A program made the translations under genes and the position numbers. Shown here one piece after another: positions 1 to 13,660 of a stretch of 64,000 nucleotides of DNA; within the stretch, counting starts at the first letter, position 1; every line of letters starts with the position of its first letter. The stretch comes from Perna viridis (lineage: Eukaryota). Under the pieces are notes generated by a model, which was given only the letters and a program-made list of their open reading frames with translations, was not told the origin of the DNA and made no database searches. The stretch covers positions 34,633,626-34,697,625 of the forward strand of contig CM074516.1 of the NCBI GenBank assembly GCA_037379345.1, in the 5' to 3' direction.

Positions 1-751
1 TTGACACTTCTTTATTTATTAAGAATACTGATTTGCTTGGCATGGTTACACTGCAAAACAGTAAGTAATGATGGGCACAATGTAGAACAGTTGAAAAATA
101 TTAATATTTAATCACGGTTTCGGTTTTGTATCACCCAGTGCTATTCTGTGTTGAATGTTAAACTTTGACAAATACTTGAAAAACTGAAAATAGGAAATGT
201 AATCGATCGCCTTGATATGTGAAATCTGATAGCTAATCATTATTCGATCGATACCGGTGAGCGTCCTTATTTCTCTTTTTGTCAATGGCTTTGGGTTCAA
301 TATCTGGTTCCAAGGTTTTAACACAAGTAATTAAGCATGGTTTTAATAGAAACCGTGAAGGACAAACATTCGTAACTGAGTACCGCTCCCACAAAATCAA
401 TTATCGAACGAATGAGTTTAGCCGATATATATGAGCAATGGTTCATGTAAAAAAAAATATACATGAAGTTTATCACATCGAGTGTCTATTTGCAATCTAT
501 TTATGAACTAGTATTTATAGTTGTCGTTATTATAAAGGCTTATGATTTATGCGTAATAAAGTTACAACTACGACATTAAATTCTAATGATGTTCGCTTTA
601 GACGAGTGTCCTGTATACACAGGTTTCATATAAAGTGACACCAGAATTTGTGGTTAGCATTTGATATATTTGGCTAACGTTCAGCTTAGAGAGGTACATA
701 AATAATGTATAAGTAGTAGTGGTTACAATTTTATGACATTGTTTTTTTTAG

Positions 752-3700
752 TTTGATCTGGTGTGTGAGAATGACTGGTTACGTAGTACTTCAAAGACCC
801 TGTATTTCTTTGGTCGTCTTCTCGGTGCAGTTATTTTTGGGCAACTCTCTGACATGTAAGTATTACTTCCGAATGAATGGAGGTTATAAAGAGTTATGCA
901 GCATAACTTTTTATGTAATAAAAAGCATAAAGATCGCCAGAGGTGATCTTGTAACAAATCATTTTTTTACAATTTCAAACTTTGGTCGGTTAGGCCATGG
1001 AAACCAAGTTTCAGAGAGGTTTAATTGTGTTTTCATTAGAAAGGTTTTTGTCCTGTAATTTATACTTTTAATAAGACCAAGTATAAAACAGTTTAGAAAA
1101 AAGGTTTTAAAAGACAAAAGGATCAATGACCATGAAATTATTTGATGCATGTTCTTTAAGACTTAAATAACAAGGATCACTACGACCAAAGAGATTTTGG
1201 CGTAAAATTAATTTATACTGTTGACTGTATACATTTTTAACTGTTAAATGATTGATTATTTCAATGAAAATACAAATTTTATGTTTATTATATATTGTTC
1301 TAAATGAAGATTTGTTATGTTTGAACAGTTAACGGACCTTCCCCGAATGTCGTAAAAGAAAAGTGGTAACCAGATTTTTCTTTTTAAAATTTTATGGAGA
1401 TTAGTTACAGACTAAAACTTTTGGCAATGATTAGTTACAGACTAGAACTTTTGGCAATTTACGACATCGGGAAAACACAAATTTCTGTTGGACTTGGCAT
1501 TACAATGTTTCATTCCGGTTATCCTGTAGAAAATAATAAGGCATTATAACCATTTTGAGTTTATTGAACTTCATTTTTATTCAATACTTATTTTGCATAA
1601 GGTATTGTCTGCGAAAGTAAAGATAAACAATTGTCAACAGTAGAAATAACTATTTTGGTGACAGGGAGAAACTGTTAGAATTTAAATTACCTAATTGAAG
1701 ATTTCCAACCGTTAACCTGTAAAAAATGAATTTTACAAATTCTTTTCTTCCAGTTCATGAAGACTGAATTCTATTTCAGATTTGGAAGGAAACCTATGTT
1801 ATTTGTGAATCTGTTCCTCCTGATGATTGCCGGATGTGTTGCCTCAGCTTCGCCAAGTTTTTTTGTGTTCATACCATTTTATATTCTACAGGGAGCATCA
1901 CAGACCGGTTTATTTCTTGTGGCATACACAATGGGTACTACCTTATTTTTTTTATCTTTCTTAATTTTGCCTTGCAGATCAATCCAGAACACACCTGCGT
2001 GACAGAATTGATAAGCATTTTTATCAGTGAAACTTATGCTAAAACACTTTTTCTAAGCGCCTAAAATAGTTCAGAAACGTAACTACTATAGGTCTTTGAG
2101 GTATTTTGCTATGGCACCGACATATATTTTAGGAAAAGAAAGGAAATTTAACTGTCAATGTTTTTTTTCTTCAAAAAGACAAAACACTTAATATTTATCA
2201 TTTACTTATTAATTTACAGGAACAGAACTAGTAGGTCCATCTTATCGTCTGCACGCCGGCTTCCTTGTCCAATCAGCATACAGTGTAGGCTTCATGGCGC
2301 TGGCTATTGTCGCTTACGTCATTCGTGATTGGAGATACATTGAGTTGGCCATCACACTTCCAGTGCTTCTCTTCATACCATATTATTGGTACGATCTCTT
2401 CTCAAAATGATTTCTTTCTAAAATAACAATAGAATTTGTAAGGAGATGCAACAATAGTTACAAACTCCACACTATAAGTAAAGGCAGAAAGTATGCAGCA
2501 CAAAGTTATATGCAATCTATCTTTTTTTTTGTTTTTGTTCTTGTTTTTTTTTTTATATATTTTTTTTAAGTTCTTGACTTAATTTTCCACACATTGTCCA
2601 CCACTGGAAATATGTATTTATTAGTCAAATTAGTGCGAATAAATATGAATTAGTACTGTTCATTTTCGATGTTGATGCGTAATGCATGTTTCTTTTTCTG
2701 TTCATAGGTTACTTCCAGAATCTGTTAGATGGCTCTTGTCAAAGAATCAAACGAAAAAGGCAGAGAATATTATACAGAAGGTAGCAAAAACCAATAACGT
2801 CGAAATAAGCCAAGAAACTTTAGAGAAAATGACAAAAGTTTCAGAAAAACAAGGTGAATCAGAGACAGAAAAGAAGTACACATTTGTGGATCTTCTTAGA
2901 CCAAGCATGCTACTACTATCCTTAAATGTCTGGTTCAACTGGTAAGTCACCGCTCTCTTGTGTTGATGGATGCATTGGTTTATTTGTCATCCATTTATTG
3001 TGTATTTATATATACGGTTTCGGTGCCAAAAAACTTTTTTTAAAGTTAAGAATATACTTAATTTTCATTTTAACTTGAAAGTTGTGGGGTTTTATGAGGT
3101 TACAATCAGCTTAGTATTCACCGAAGCCAGTATATATCATGCATATTTAAACCTTATAGTGCATATTATTTAATAATACACTATAATTTATGTTTGTTTG
3201 GAATACAAAATTCAGGATGCAATTAAAAGGACAAAGGCAATGTTTCGCTTGGTTTCCAAATTATATTATGTGTATAGTCTCCCCTTACACAGTTTATTTT
3301 TTATCAGCTACCACTTTATCAAAGCAAGCAGTGAAAATATTCTCTTCGTCCTTGAATCAAACCATTATCGCATGAAATTTCTTCTCTGATTGATTGGTTG
3401 ATTGTCTGATGGTGTGGGATGCACACATTAGATTTCACTTGAAAAAAAGAAATTGTTGGGTTACTCAGAGTGAAACTTTAACGTGTATGCACGAGACGTG
3501 GCGCTTTCCATACAGGTCAGCGGTCAGAGTTTTCTTCTTTGGCCTGATAATCCCAGAAGCAAGGTCTGTCCCATTCACCACCAGATGCACATATTGTAGA
3601 AGCTAAATGGCCCGAGCGACTTGGCCACGGGTCAGACGTCTAATTTCAAATACACTTGGTCACCTCCTATGACAAGTTGCTATCTATTTCGGACTTTTGG

Positions 3701-6700
3701 TCTCTCTTCCAAAGACGATGAATGTGATCTACCATCTATGAACTGGATTCCTAGACTCCACAAGAACCCATACAAACAGCGCTACATAGCTGGATCTGCA
3801 AAATGTACTACCAAACTCCTTTAAAAAATACTCGCAGCTGTCAGAGACGGTGTCCAATCCTACCACGACACTTGTTACTCCCCTAGTGGTATAAATTCAA
3901 TGTGGATCCTAAAAAATTCGAAAGATCTTCTGGAACTTCTTAATTCAAGATTATTATCAGAATAGTGTAGCAATAAAACCTATTATTTTTCAACTCTTTA
4001 TAATTCTATTCCCTGTACTCATTTAGAATTCAACAAAAGACGGTACACCTAGATACAAATATGTAGTTCTTGGTAGATTCCTAATACTTTGTGAAAAACA
4101 ATTCCAAATCATCTTCCAAATATACAGAAGTAGATGTTTCCAAAATGCTATAATTTTTTATCAACAATGTATTTGTCCACTGTAGTGTAAGCGTTTTTTT
4201 CAACAAACGGTCGGCATTCCAATGGGAACAAATTATGCTCCTCTACTTGCTGACCTATTCCTTCACTCTTATGATGCTGACTTAATAGCCGATCTGATCC
4301 AAAAGAAGGAAAATTGTTTAGCTTAATTATTTAATCTCCATTTCCATTGTATACTAGTAGATGAGGTATTATCGTTAAACAATCCTAGTTTCGGGATTTT
4401 TTACATCGCATCTATTCCAAAGAACTTGAGATAAAGGATACTACACACACCGTGAAGTCAGCATCATATCTTGACCTACACTTTGAGATCGATGGTAAGG
4501 GAAAACTATTGACCAAACTATACGACCAAGGCGATGACTTTTCTTCCGTATGGTCAACTTTCCGATCATCTGTTGCAACAACTCATACGTTATGCCAGAG
4601 TTTGCCGCATCTACGCAGACTTTTGTATCGCGCTAGACTACTTACAATTATGCTTCTTGAACGGGGTTATGTTGCTACAAGATTGAAGTCATCACTACAG
4701 AAGTTTTATGGTCGTCATTATGAACTCGTGGGTCGATCTGCACCATGAAAAAACTGATTTGTTCAGTGTGTCAAAGTTTTCCTTTCCTCTTCCGTCTACC
4801 TTGGACTTGACTTTTTATGAGCAACTGCGCGGGTGAATCTAGAAAAGCAGAGGACGCTTACCCTACTGGTGCACCTGGTCCATGCTCCCAGTTTCTACTG
4901 GAGTCCGAGTTGCTCATTTGATTTTGTGACTTAGTATGTATTATTTTGGTTATTTTATGGTCTTTGTTGTGTCTGTTTCCATGTCTGGTCTTTGTCCCTG
5001 AATTACATTCTTTTGATTTCCGCTAGAATCTTGATTCCTTTGATTACTCTTTATAACACTCGGTTCCTACACAGGGTAATGTTCTACGCTATGCTACGAT
5101 ATTATACTGTCAGACAAGTCATAAATGCAAAAAAACAAACGGAAGGAAAGATGGCCTAAATCATGTAATTGCCTATGTATCTTGCTTCATGTACTTTAAA
5201 TCTGTGAAAAGTCTTAAATGATAAAAATGAATTTTTACAAGTACAAAATATTAACTGTTACAGTACATTGTCGACTTCTAGCCTTTATATATAATACTAT
5301 GATATTATGTTTATATCACATAACAATATTAATATAAAGACAGTTTACTCTACACATGAGTTTCCTTTGGTTTGTTGGTCTTATTCATGAAATTTTCTCC
5401 GTCAAAAATATAAACCTCAAATTTAATTTACTTATATCGGCAAACGTACTGTATATAGATTTCCTTCATTCTCAAAAGCAAAAATTGTCCTAAGAATAAG
5501 TAACAATTTTTCAGATTGCTACGTTTCAGGTTGGTAAATGCCATGGTATATTACGGTTTAACATTAGGGACAGACAATTTAGGAGGAGACCCTTATATCA
5601 ACTTCTGTATTGCTGGTGCTGTAGAAATTCCTGCATATGTCATATGTATGCTCGTTCTGAACCCATTTGGTAGAAAGAAACCTCTTTTAATTTCGATGGT
5701 GCTTGGTGGAATGGCGTGTATAGCGTCTGGTTTCATCGGTATGTTTAAATTATAATAGCTCAAGTTCACAATGCTGTTGAAAGTCAATGTAATACATATA
5801 CAAACCATTTCATAAAGACGTAAGTAGGAAATCTTACACTTGATACATAGCGGGTTTGATGGATACCTTTTGTATCATAAATGTTGCATTCATTTTTGTC
5901 ATTACATTACATTACATACAGGTATGTTATTCCTCATGACGTACAAAAGTCCTTTCTCATGACAAACAGGTATGTCTACAGTATACCTGTTTTTCACTAC
6001 ATATTTATGTCTTTTGTCATTACGTACAGTATGCTTTTCGACATTACTTTCAGGTATGTCTTTTGACATTACGTGCAGTTTGCTTTTCGACATTTGATAC
6101 AGGTATGTCTCTTGCCTTTGCGTGCAGCACGCTTTTAGACATTACACTGTCATTACGTAAAGTATGTGTTTAGTACATGTAACTACATACAAATTGTCTT
6201 TTCAGATCATGTTGTGGTCAAAGTAGCTTTAGCCATGGTTGGGAAGTTCTGTATAACAGCTTCATACGCAATCATTTACTTAATGGCAGCAGAAGTTTTC
6301 CCTACCGTAGTCAGGTAAATTAACCGAATTCGGGGATTCTTTATATATGCATATACTTGTGATGTGGTTCATATATGCTGTGCACTAGTAAGTAGGTATG
6401 AAACAGGGAGTAACCATGCATTTGATTTGCAAGGAATTGGGTAATGGGAAGTTGTGTCCTGGATTTTTAACTGCGTCAACAACGGTGACGACAGGCTCTA
6501 GTAGTCGCTCCACTCCATCCATGCGTCCGTGTGTCCGTCACATTAACGGGTACTCACATTATGTAACCTGTAACTCAAAAAGTATTTAAGCAATATTATT
6601 TATACTTTGGACGGTGATTATATACACATTGAAGATGTGCAAATTTTATTTTTTCCACTACATTTTGAGCGTGTTTAACTGAGCCATTTTGTCCTTTTAT

Positions 6701-8596
6701 GTTGTGAACGTTACCAATTTTGTGTAATCTGGAACTCAATAAGTATTTAAGCAATATTATTCAAACTCAAAATGTGCCTGTAGACAATGTTCATATATAT
6801 TGAAGATGTGCACCTCTTGTTATGGAGAAACTGAGTTACATTTTCCAACATTTTGAGTATGCTTAGCTTGGCCATCATCACTTTATGTTGTCAACGGTAC
6901 CTGTCTTGTGTAATATAATAACTCAAAAGCATAATTAAAGCAATAAATTCAAACTTTGCACTGCACATACATATTGAAGATGTGGACTTCATATTATGGG
7001 GAAACTTGATCATATATTTTCCTAGATTTGTATCATGTTTAACTTAGACATTTTTTTTCACTTTATGTTGTGAACGGTACCCACTTTGTGTAATATGTGA
7101 CTCAATAAATATTAAAGCAATATTATTCCACCTAAAATTTGCCTATGGATTTTTTACATTTAGTGCAGCTCGGGCTCCGATGATAGATAGTTTTGATATT
7201 TTTTTCCCTGTATTTTTGCGATTTTCCAGCAGTATGCTATCAGTAAGATATTATACACATGGAAATTAGTAACCCCACAATGATTTTTAACTTGGTTAGT
7301 GTTTATATACATATATATTGAAGACAATTATTAGTATTTGCTTATAAATATACGTGGATTGGTCTTGTTCATCAAATATCATGGAATTGTTCACTAATAT
7401 ATGTCAGTTCTTTTTGTGTAATGTTGGATCTAAGTCATGTACTTGAAATCAAAATATCAAATTGTTGCTTTCTAAATAGTGTAATAAAAAGCCTTCAATT
7501 GTATTGAATGAATCAACTGATTGTTACCGCGTCCCATATTTTTAAATGTTAATTGAAGTTAGTTGCCGTCTACTTTACTAACTAAACGATAGCACCATTT
7601 AGCGGAGGACTTAGATACGAAATTCACAAATTTACATGATAAATACTCTTTCGATGATCTTATGCATTGTCGGGGTAAAGTCAAAATAAGTAACCATCGA
7701 AAGTCATGAAATTCAGGATAGAACTTAGTGACGTGAAGATGGAAGTTTTGATACATCATTTTGCTTATTTTTAGAAATATTGGAATGGGTGTATCATCGA
7801 TGTGTGCTAGGATAGGAGGGATGTTAGCTCCACAGATCCTGGAGCTGAGTAGGTTCTGGGCACCTCTACCATTGATACTATTTGGTGGATTAGCTTTTCT
7901 AGCTGGAGCTTTAGTTATGTTTTTGCCTGAAACCTCTGGGAGACCTTTGCCTCAAACGATAGAGGACGCAATCGCTAGAGGGTGAGTTTTTATTTTAGCC
8001 TCTAGACGGTATTCTAGCTAGAGTACGTGCATGTAAAAAATAAAATCATTCGACAAGTTTCATACCTAGTATGCATGAGTATATTACCTAATCGCTACCA
8101 TTCATGCTCCCACTACTTTTCGTTAAATAAAAAGAAACCGGTGCCAGAATTATAATCAATTCTCAACTGTCAAAACTAAAGAAAAAAGAGAATTTAGTAA
8201 TGTAAAGCATTTTTAAGCAAACGAATAAAAATGTCATTATGATGGTTCAACAAATATAGCTTACTTTATATATATAGGCATGTTCGTTGTTTTCTATGCA
8301 TTTACTGGAAACACTTCAGGAGTTTCGAATACTTATATTAAGGTAAAATGAACATGTAATTTTACATTTTTGTAGCACAATATGCTACTACTTAAACTAA
8401 ATGCCCCGATATATTGTAGATGAAAAATTCAAGTAACTCTAAAGGACTTATCACTTCTTTAATAAAAAAAAAACAAACATGCTATGTGAATATATTTTTA
8501 TCACATGTCGCCATTTGTAGGACAAATAGTAAAGGCGTGGAATTAGAAACAATGCCAGAATACAACGACAAAAAGACCAATAATGCAGCAGTTTGA
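752..8596 (+). CDS. SLC22-family organic cation/anion transporter (Orct-like), 5'-partial; exons 752-855, 1780-1934, 2220-2388, 2708-2941, 5530-5738, 6206-6314, 7775-7981, 8521-8596
   Basis: All junctions are GT-AG with consistent phases. The translation carries SLC22 motifs: FDLVC, GQLSDIFGRKP, TELVGPSYR, IRDWR, LPESVRWL, YYGL, GAVEIPAY, FGRK, GKF, AEVFPTVVRNIGMG, RIGGMLAP, LPETSGRPLPQTIED. Exon lengths of 104/155/169/109 bp fit the usual SLC22 layout. The last exon (TNSKGVELETMPEYNDKKTNNAAV*) is less certain. The first exon lies outside the window. Confidence 0.93.
3387..3678 (-). mobile_element. SINE remnant (possibly Meta-domain type)
   Basis: (TGAT)n-like tail at the left end. The minus strand reads CTTGTCATAGGAGGTGACC, similar to the CTTGTCGTAAGAGGCGACT core I recall from mollusc SINEs. 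Confidence 0.45.
3690..5050 (+). mobile_element. Decayed Penelope-like retroelement (RT plus 3' UTR), 5'-truncated, within an SLC22 intron
   Basis: Frameshifted RT motifs: LPSMNWIPRLHKNPYKQRYIAGSAKCTTK, QQTVGIPMGTNYAPLLADLFL, PKELEIKDT, SASYLDLHFEID, TKLYD, RLKSSLQKFYGRH. No C-terminal GIY-YIG domain, which fits Naiad-type PLEs. Confidence 0.85.
5901..6175. repeat. Degenerate minisatellite (ACATTAC.TACAGGTATGTCTTTTG-like units)
   Basis: Repeated acaggtatg and cattac motifs in the intron. Confidence 0.6.
6463..7150 (+). mobile_element. Helentron-associated non-autonomous element (HINE/pearl-like) with an internal tandem array
   Basis: T-rich start and a (GTCC)-type microsatellite, then about four diverged 160-185 bp units (gtaactcaa...aagcaatattatt...cacattgaagatgtgc) starting near 6550, 6712, 6898 and 7078. 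Confidence 0.65.
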
Positions 8597-8913
8597 CCTG
8601 ACGCATAACCGAGAAACCGTTCATTGTTTTGATACTAGTCGATATCGGAAACATTCGCATAGCACATATCACGAATTGAAATTTCAATTAAAATTCGAAG
8701 GCAGCATACATGTATATTTACTTGATACTTTAATATATTTATTTTTTGGTAATTGGATACTAGTATTCAGCTTATTTGTCAGGTCTCCATTCATATTCAT
8801 TGGGATCTGTATGTTACGTAGTTACAGATATTCTGTACGGTCATTGTATTTATGGTTATTGAACTGTGCGTCATATTGACGTATGGATTACTCAAGAACT
8901 AGTCATGAATATG

Positions 8914-8919
8914 AATAAA
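8914..8919 (+). promoter_or_regulatory. Candidate polyadenylation signal of the SLC22 gene
   Basis: AATAAA about 320 bp downstream of the inferred stop codon. Confidence 0.4.
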
Positions 8920-8996
8920 TTATTATTCCACCAAAACATGTAATCAAGTAGTGTCAGAAATGTATTTGTTATGATCGTGCAGCTAAGGTGCGTTAA

Positions 8997-11388
8997 GGGG
9001 ATGACCATTAGATTCTTAGGGGGGGTGGTATATTTTGAAAATAAATGTAATCTGTCTCTGATGATTTAGGAAATACATAATCTGACCTCATCATACCAGA
9101 AAATAAAGTCTGACTTTGCAAATTACTAGTAAATAAATATTCTGACCTTGGCAAGTAAATTGAAAATAAATATTCTGACCTCCGCAAAAGCTTAAACAAA
9201 AAATGGCTCGCTACGCTCGCCATATTTTCATAAATTAGTAAAGTATACATGTTTAAAATACTCCACAAGTTTTATACAACACCCTAATAGTCTCCAGTGG
9301 CAATACTAAATACATGTACATAAATGACTTTACTGGGATAATGTGTACTAGTCCATGGGCTGGAAGGGTCCATCGTGTATCCTTCTCATCCACTTTATGG
9401 TGATTTTAGGTACCTTTATACCTCCTTTATCGAATCAATTTGTCGCCAAAGAATATTATCGGATTCTTTTTCAGTATAAGCCTATATTTGTACACCATTG
9501 CGTCTAAAAAGTAAGATTTTTGTGACTCAATTATTTGAGCGTCTAAGTCTTCCTGTTACAGCATGTGCGAACAAATTAAACAAAGATAGGTGTCATCGTG
9601 TAGCCCAATGTCTCAACTTCACAATGGTACCAGGATATTTGCGGTAACACTTGGGGTTTTGGGGTGAAATGAAAACAAATGTACCCTATCCCACCGAAAA
9701 ATCGCTTAAATTAACATGTTTCCATATCAAAACCGTTAGAGTATTTATGCTTCAGTAAAAAATAGCTTATTTTGGTATTTTCTGTTTAGTATAATCACAA
9801 TAAATACTTCTGGGTTCTTTTGATGAATTTTTGCCATTTTTGTAGTCAGAATTTATTTTTTTTTAAAATGCAAAAAGAGGGGATTTTCATTTTTTCCATA
9901 AAAAGTCACATAAGTTCGACTCTACAAGTTATTGCTCAACTAAAACGTCGCAAATTTGGTGTCATTCTATAGATAATTTAACACAAATAGACCACGAAAA
10001 ACTAATTTTCAAGAAAGAATTTTCAAAAAATGTTAAAAATATTGCCCTTAGAAAATTGGTCTCAGTATCAAACATAATTCTCATTTACACATACATGTAT
10101 TGATACTGTAGAACTCATATTTTAGGCATTCATAATTAAGATAATGATGTATCCAACATATCTGATTAATTCAGGCGCTTAGATTTTCTTTGTGGGGTGA
10201 CAATTACTATAAAGTAAAGAATGGGAATTTTCAGACTTTCTTCTATATCACCCGTTACTGCCATTTTTTTCTTCAGAATACCGTAGTTTGAACAAGCTTC
10301 TTGTGTGATACGGTAAATTTATATATGTCTCAGCTTCCAAATGAGCCCAAGTAATGAATATTTGAACTTTTCCAAGTCAAGTTAGGTGAAAAATTTCCAC
10401 CCCTACCCATGAAAAAAATATCTGAACATGAACTAAAATGTTTTCTTGGTATATAAAGTTGTACAATAGACATGTTTGGTACTTGTGTTTTAATTATCGA
10501 TGTATTAAACATATCTTCTCATTTCATCATTTCAGGCGAGTCTTTCAGTTTCAATGTGACAATAATGAGTTTTTCCTAAAATGGGAAATTTTTGGAATTT
10601 CGTATTTTCTTCCATTTCACCTGTAATGGGCATTTTTTTTCAAATACCGTACTTCTAAAAAAGCTGTAGTATATTCAAATACAATTATATAATGTCTTAG
10701 CATTCTAATGAGCCCGAGTAATAAACATTTAAAGTTTTCCAAGTTTGCAAAAAATTGCCACCTCACCAATAGAAGTTCGAAGAATAAAAAAAAAACGTTA
10801 AAATGGATTTTTGCCTTAATCAGGTTTAAGTAGCCAAAAAAAAAATACAAAAAATGCATCAGTTTATTTTATTGCGACAGATAGATTCGTAAATGAGAGG
10901 TATAAGGGTACCTGAAAATCATATTTTGGTTGATGGGTGGGGGTGGGTATCTCAGCCCATTACTATAGTTGAATATTGAAGATTTCATTCATATACATAG
11001 ATATAAAAAATCCACGCAACATTTCCCGTTAAATTTTGGGCATATTTCATATCCAGGAATGTCCCCTGTCGGATGTAGTAGAGGTTATGCCGTATATTGT
11101 AGAGAATGAACTTCATTTAATAATGTCTGTAATAATAACATAAAAAAATAACACATGCTTTGATATAGAAGCCAAACCACATACTTTTGTAACTCGGATA
11201 TGCACATTTAAATTTTCATAGAAAAAAAATACACTTTTTTTTATGAGTATGGAAAATAAATGATCTAGCGAAGGTTATGATGAAAATAAATAATCTGACT
11301 TTCAACAGGCTGGAAATAAAATTTCTGGCACGAAAAATATTTGCCAGACCCCCCCCCCCTCCCCCATAAGAATCTAATGGTCGTCCCC
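8997..11388. mobile_element. Non-autonomous TIR DNA transposon (Harbinger- or Kolobok-like GGGG...CCCC ends)
   Basis: Left end GGGGATGACCATTAGATTCTTA is inverted to right end TAAGAATCTAATGGTCGTCCCC. Subterminal AAATAAA..TCTGAC repeats are present. TTAA precedes the left end. Confidence 0.75.
9349..10965. mobile_element. Nested TIR element with ~110-bp imperfect inverted ends (TAG...CTA termini)
   Basis: tagtccatgggct...tgattttaggtacctttatacctc...gaatcaatttgtcgc mirrors gcgacagatagattc...gaggtataagggtacctgaaaatca...agcccattacta. An internal ~100-bp duplication sits near 10340 and 10707. Confidence 0.65.
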
Positions 11389-11745
11389 AAAGGGATGTTA
11401 TGTTGTGCTTGCAGTAGGCTTGACTCTAAATAGTATATTGCTACATTCATACAATATTTCGCTTTCATACACAAGATAACAACATGCCTTGTCAAATACT
11501 GTGCATTAGCAAAATAGTTTAATAAAATATTTACAACAATGGGTTTCACTCCAGTGTATTATTTTTTTACTTATATCATCAAGATTGGAAGATATCATGT
11601 ATTCTATAGTTATATTTATGATACTTTGTTGAAATTAATGATTTCGCCCTAGTGTGAATGGGGTTTGACACGTGTCGCGGAGCTGCATTATTGTTGCTAG
11701 AATATTACCTTATTATACTTGCAATATATGACGATTGCCGCTTGC

Positions 11746-11880
11746 GGAGCAGGACATGCTTACCCTTCCGGAGCACCTGATGTCACTCCCGTTTTTTATT
11801 GTGGGAGTTCAAATGGCTAGTGCTTTAGTTTTTGTGTGTCTTCATTTTTTAATGTTATCTTTTTTTATTTGGTTCGCTAC
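11746..11880 (+). mobile_element. Solo 3'-terminal fragment of a Penelope-like family
   Basis: GAGCAGGACATGCTTACCCTTCCGGAGCACCTG followed by a hairpin and T-rich tail. Homologous to 4847-4920. Confidence 0.7.
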
Positions 11881-13660
11881 ATTGTCAATCGGAACTACTC
11901 AGCCATTTCCGCTATACCAAAACATATCCTCGGATGCAGAAAGGAGAATTTATTCTTGAAAAAATTGACAGAATTGTACCAGCTGGTGGCGCTAAAAATT
12001 TTCATTAGATATCAGTAGAAATAAAGAACAATAACTCTGCCAAGAATTTTGGCGCGAAGCGAGGAGCTGGGAAAAAAGTAATCGTAAATAATTCAACCAG
12101 TAAAACTATAATTTTAGAATCGGATCGGTCAAATTTCGGACAGATTCTTTCGCCTAGTGCTTCCGAGGTTATTCTTTTGTGCAACAAGAAAGACTGAGGA
12201 GTTCCGATTGCTATATTATGTGTAGATCGTCTCCGTTTCATGAGTTCACGTTTAGGCCATGTTTTGCGATTTTGAATCATCCCACTGCTCACGCTTCAGT
12301 ATTTTTCCCTGATATTTTATACTGAACTTCAGAATTAAAAGCAATATAAAGAAGTCAAAGTGCGAAGGAAAATACAAATCAAAGAAGATAATAATTGTAT
12401 TTGACACTGAAAACACACTCCATCTGCCAAAACCTGGGACATGGACCAGGTGCACCGAAAGGCCAAATACCTGCTTTTTGTAGAAAAAAAACCGCGAGTC
12501 CCATATTTCATGTCTAGTGTTAACGGATGGCGAAAACTAGAAAGTTGGGTGAATATCTGATGATGTTTTAAATATTTTGAAAGTGTTTCTTTCACAAAAG
12601 TAGATTTTCAATACTTGAATGTTTTTAACACCTTAATTTCATGTAATTGCTTTAAAAAAATAAATTGTGTCATTTTGCTTTAAATCATTATATTATTAAG
12701 AACAAAAGTACATGGTGGTAAAACTTGAAATAACAGGATTACTGGTTATTAAAGGTCTCAGGCGAGTTTAACGTGGACCTTTTAAAAGACATATATGTCG
12801 CTGTTTTCGCAAAACTTCGAATGTTCATAGTAATTGTAACTTAGCATAAATTCATAAGGATTCTAATTGTAAAATTATGTTGTTAATTGACAACATTACT
12901 TCATGTAGTTCAAATTTTCTTTCATGGTATTCGAGTGTATCATGAGTAGTGTAACACTCATCAAGAGCTTTTTCCCATATTTACTTTGAATGAAGGTTCT
13001 TGAAAAAAAAATAAAACGAAAACAAGATTTGTGAAAGTGCAAATAAAACTTTCAGGTGCTTTCCAGACAATACAGGCATGTTATCTACATGTTGCTTACG
13101 CCCAATAAAAACTTCTTTCAATCGCCACACGAAAGATTGACAAACAAAAAGAATAAATCCAATTTAAAAGTATTTTTACAATTTTATTTATAACAACGCT
13201 CGCAAAAAACGCGAACAAATAATATGTAAAATCAACAAAATATCTGACTGAAAACAAAGTGTATTACGTGTTGTGCTGCTTCATATGTACATTGTACAAA
13301 ATATGACCGAATTACGTAACTATATCTTCAATGACCTCAACCGTACAGTAATGCCCACCAGAATGAAAATGTAGTTTAATTTTAAGTGGTCATTAATCCA
13401 CCAAAGGCTCATCTACCAGCAGTGAGGGCTCATATTAACTCTGACCGATATTATCCAGAAAACAAAGTATTTGGAAATGCAAATATCCAGCGACGACTTG
13501 CCATAATCCAGATGGTAGCCAGAATCCGGAGCACGACTGTGTTTCGCCTGACAATAGACTTGGTTAGCTGAATATTTCAGGGAGACGTCCGTGGTTGCTG
13601 ATTTTTTTAATTCTTCGATGTTACCTGAGATTCAACTTGATTATTATAAAAATTAAATGT

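Noticed and set aside
3690-4750. Functional or selenoprotein-encoding RT
   Set aside because: Many frameshifts and TAA/TAG stops show a dead copy.
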